Made by a program: the position numbers and the translations under genes
Assembly: GCF_000143415.4 (NCBI RefSeq)
Contig: NW_003314383.1
Coordinates: forward strand, 62,001-126,000
Source of the DNA: Selaginella moellendorffii
Taxonomy: Eukaryota; Plantae; Lycopodiophyta
Length of the DNA stretch: 64,000 nucleotides
Direction of reading: 5' to 3'
The notes under the pieces: generated by a model
What the model saw: only the letters and a program-made list of their open reading frames with translations
Database searches by the model: none
What the model was told of the DNA's origin: nothing
Shown: one piece after another, positions 62,219-64,000 of the stretch
Layout: the number at the start of each line of letters is the position of its first letter
Numbering within the stretch: position 1 is the stretch's first letter

Positions 62219-64000
62219 TCAAAAACGCTTCCTCTTGCTCGCAAAGAGCTGCTCTCTGCGAAACCAGACGTAGAGGCCGATTCCAGCGATGGCCAAAACG
62301 AAGACAAGCCAGCTCCAGGGGAAAGGCGCGTCCTTGAAACATACTATCGCTGCCTCGAGGTGTGAGGAAGCCTCGAAGGCGAGATGGTGAGCGCCGTAGA
62401 GGTCGTGCTCGGCGGATTTGAGGAAGAAGAGAGCCAAATTGAAATCGAAGTGAGACATGGCCGATGTTGCCTTGTTGAGCTTGTAGAGTAGTAAGTTCCA
62501 TCTCTGGTTCATCTCGGTCCCCTGTCTGCTCTTGAGCACAGCCTTCTCGCCTCCCAGTCCCTTCAACGTTTCCAGCATCTCAATGGCTCCCCACACCGTC
62601 GTGTTGAGCATCGTGTGCAGGACGTTGCGAGGAGCTGCGTCTCTCTGCGCGAATGACAGCGACGAGAGCTTCGAAAACGGACCAAACGGCGTGTTCCCCA
62701 GGCTCCAAGTGTAGTCTAGAAACGTCGAGTTGTGCTCGCTGCTCCAGGTGAGGTACGTCGGTGTCACGCCCCACAGAGTTTGAAGCAGCGACGCGACGAG
62801 TGGACGCTCGAGCCTTCTCGTCTCCACCATCATGGGACGATGGTTGCAATTGAACTCGGACACCGTCTGGTATCCTTTGCTCCGGATGGCGATTATCATG
62901 TCCCTGAAAGCCATCGACTGATGGTCGCGGTCCAGCATGACGATCCTGTCGCTCTTGAGATCAAAGACGTAGACTGGAACTATCCGAGCCATGAAGTTGT
63001 TCGAGCTGCCGCTGGAACCGGCCATCTTCTCTAGCTCCACTTGGTTCTCAGCCAGCAAGTAGTGCAGCTGCTTCGAGTCTATGTAATCGTTGACAAAGAG
63101 GCTGTAGCGATCGATGAGAACTCGTGAGGTGTAGCTCTTGGTGGAGCGGGCGAGGAGCGCCGAACACAGAGCGCATTCGTCCATATCTATCGTAAACCTC
63201 TTGAAGACGAGAGACTGGCCGTGAAAGAGCAGACCCTCCGAGGCCTCCTTCTTGAACGTCTCCTCGATCTCCTCCCACTTTATCTGCTCCGAGTCGCCGC
63301 CATCGCCATGCTTGAAGTGAAAGAAATGCACCTCCAACTCACGATCGTAGTAGACTGGAATCCTCATCGCGGGAGCTAGCAGCATCTGCGAGGCACTCCA
63401 GACGAGCGCCGCTAGATCAGCCAGCAGCGCCTTTTGAGCCGGGCTCTCGTGAAAAGCCGCCGCGTATGGATAGAGCTCGCTGCGCAGCACCAGACCCTCT
63501 CCGGAGAGAGCCGGGCCATACTCGATCGGACCGGCAGCGAGATCGATCCACACGTAGCGCTCCCGGCCCATCCAAAGATTCCCCAGGCACTTGGTGAAGG
63601 CCGAGTGGAGCTCGTCGCCGTCTCCCGGCTGGTAGTCGTATCCGTACGACCGAGCCTGGCGCTTGAGGTTGAGGATGTAGATGACGTACGACGCCAGCGG
63701 CTTGGCGAGGTCCGCCCGTACCAGCTCGTCCACCACAGTGTACGGCACCGGGGTGTAATAGACGCTCGAGAGTGACGAGGGGCGATCGACAGTGCCTTGG
63801 ATCGCCCGAAACATGGAATCGGCGAGATTGCTGCTGCCACTGTCCCTCACCACATCGATCTCGATCTTGGATCTCACGTTTAGCCTGTGATTGCTAGTCC
63901 CACCCGTGCCGATCACATGGACGTGCTCGTTCTTGTTGAGGATCTCCAGGTAGCGCCCCAGCTGCTGCTCCAGCTGATGCTTCTGATCGCTCGAGAAACC
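62219..64000 (-). CDS. Conserved uncharacterised plant membrane protein (5' end outside the window)
   Basis: Open frame of more than 565 aa with WIDLAAGPIEYGP, LLQTLWGV and YTWSLGNTPFGPFS, a C-terminal TM helix and a KRKRF (KxKxx) tail. Confidence 0.85.
   Translation of the reverse strand, partial: GFSSDQKHQLEQQLGRYLEILNKNEHVHVIGTGGTSNHRLNVRSKIEIDVVRDSGSSNLADSMFRAIQGTVDRPSSLSSVYYTPVPYTVVDELVRADLAKPLASYVIYILNLKRQARSYGYDYQPGDGDELHSAFTKCLGNLWMGRERYVWIDLAAGPIEYGPALSGEGLVLRSELYPYAAAFHESPAQKALLADLAALVWSASQMLLAPAMRIPVYYDRELEVHFFHFKHGDGGDSEQIKWEEIEETFKKEASEGLLFHGQSLVFKRFTIDMDECALCSALLARSTKSYTSRVLIDRYSLFVNDYIDSKQLHYLLAENQVELEKMAGSSGSSNNFMARIVPVYVFDLKSDRIVMLDRDHQSMAFRDMIIAIRSKGYQTVSEFNCNHRPMMVETRRLERPLVASLLQTLWGVTPTYLTWSSEHNSTFLDYTWSLGNTPFGPFSKLSSLSFAQRDAAPRNVLHTMLNTTVWGAIEMLETLKGLGGEKAVLKSRQGTEMNQRWNLLLYKLNKATSAMSHFDFNLALFFLKSAEHDLYGAHHLAFEASSHLEAAIVCFKDAPFPWSWLVFVLAIAGIGLYVWFRREQLFASKRKRF

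Overview
Eukaryotic, gene-dense plant nuclear DNA with very short (~45-100 nt) GT-AG introns. The phytochrome N-terminus ([26 protein letters not shown]) and the compact architecture point to a lycophyte, probably Selaginella (inference). Bases 1-11.7 kb are a transposon block: a 100-N gap, a minus-strand LTR element (5' LTR plus tRNA-Met PBS) nested into the gag of a decayed chromodomain-bearing Ty3/gypsy element, then AT-rich decayed DNA. From 12.8 kb on there are about 21 protein genes: a giant NLR, phytochrome, SPL7-like, TBL, chloroplast CPN10, APC6, TRAPPC2, a coiled-coil protein, SWIM-RING, HAT1, a CxxC-less thioredoxin, DA1-like, plastid GPAT, a P-loop NTPase, VIP3, GSK3, three class III peroxidases, CRTISO-like, SWC4 and a conserved membrane protein. 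Three observations stand out. (1) A ~2260-aa NLR has a ~1050-aa N-terminus with no recognisable TIR, CC or RPW8 domain. It contains an unknown helical domain, amphipathic helical repeats and ~20 copies of a C-L-A-[ILV]-[ILV]-P motif. (2) A young gypsy element ends in INVERTED LTR copies yet has a perfect 5-bp target-site duplication and an 18-bp templated filler at the internal junction. It sits on the 3' splice site of a host intron. (3) A ~1-kb inverted duplication of the SWC4 3' end and peroxidase upstream region lies directly in front of the NLR. The two copies bracket a 47-kb segment, and the NLR-side copy shows a CpG-decay gradient.
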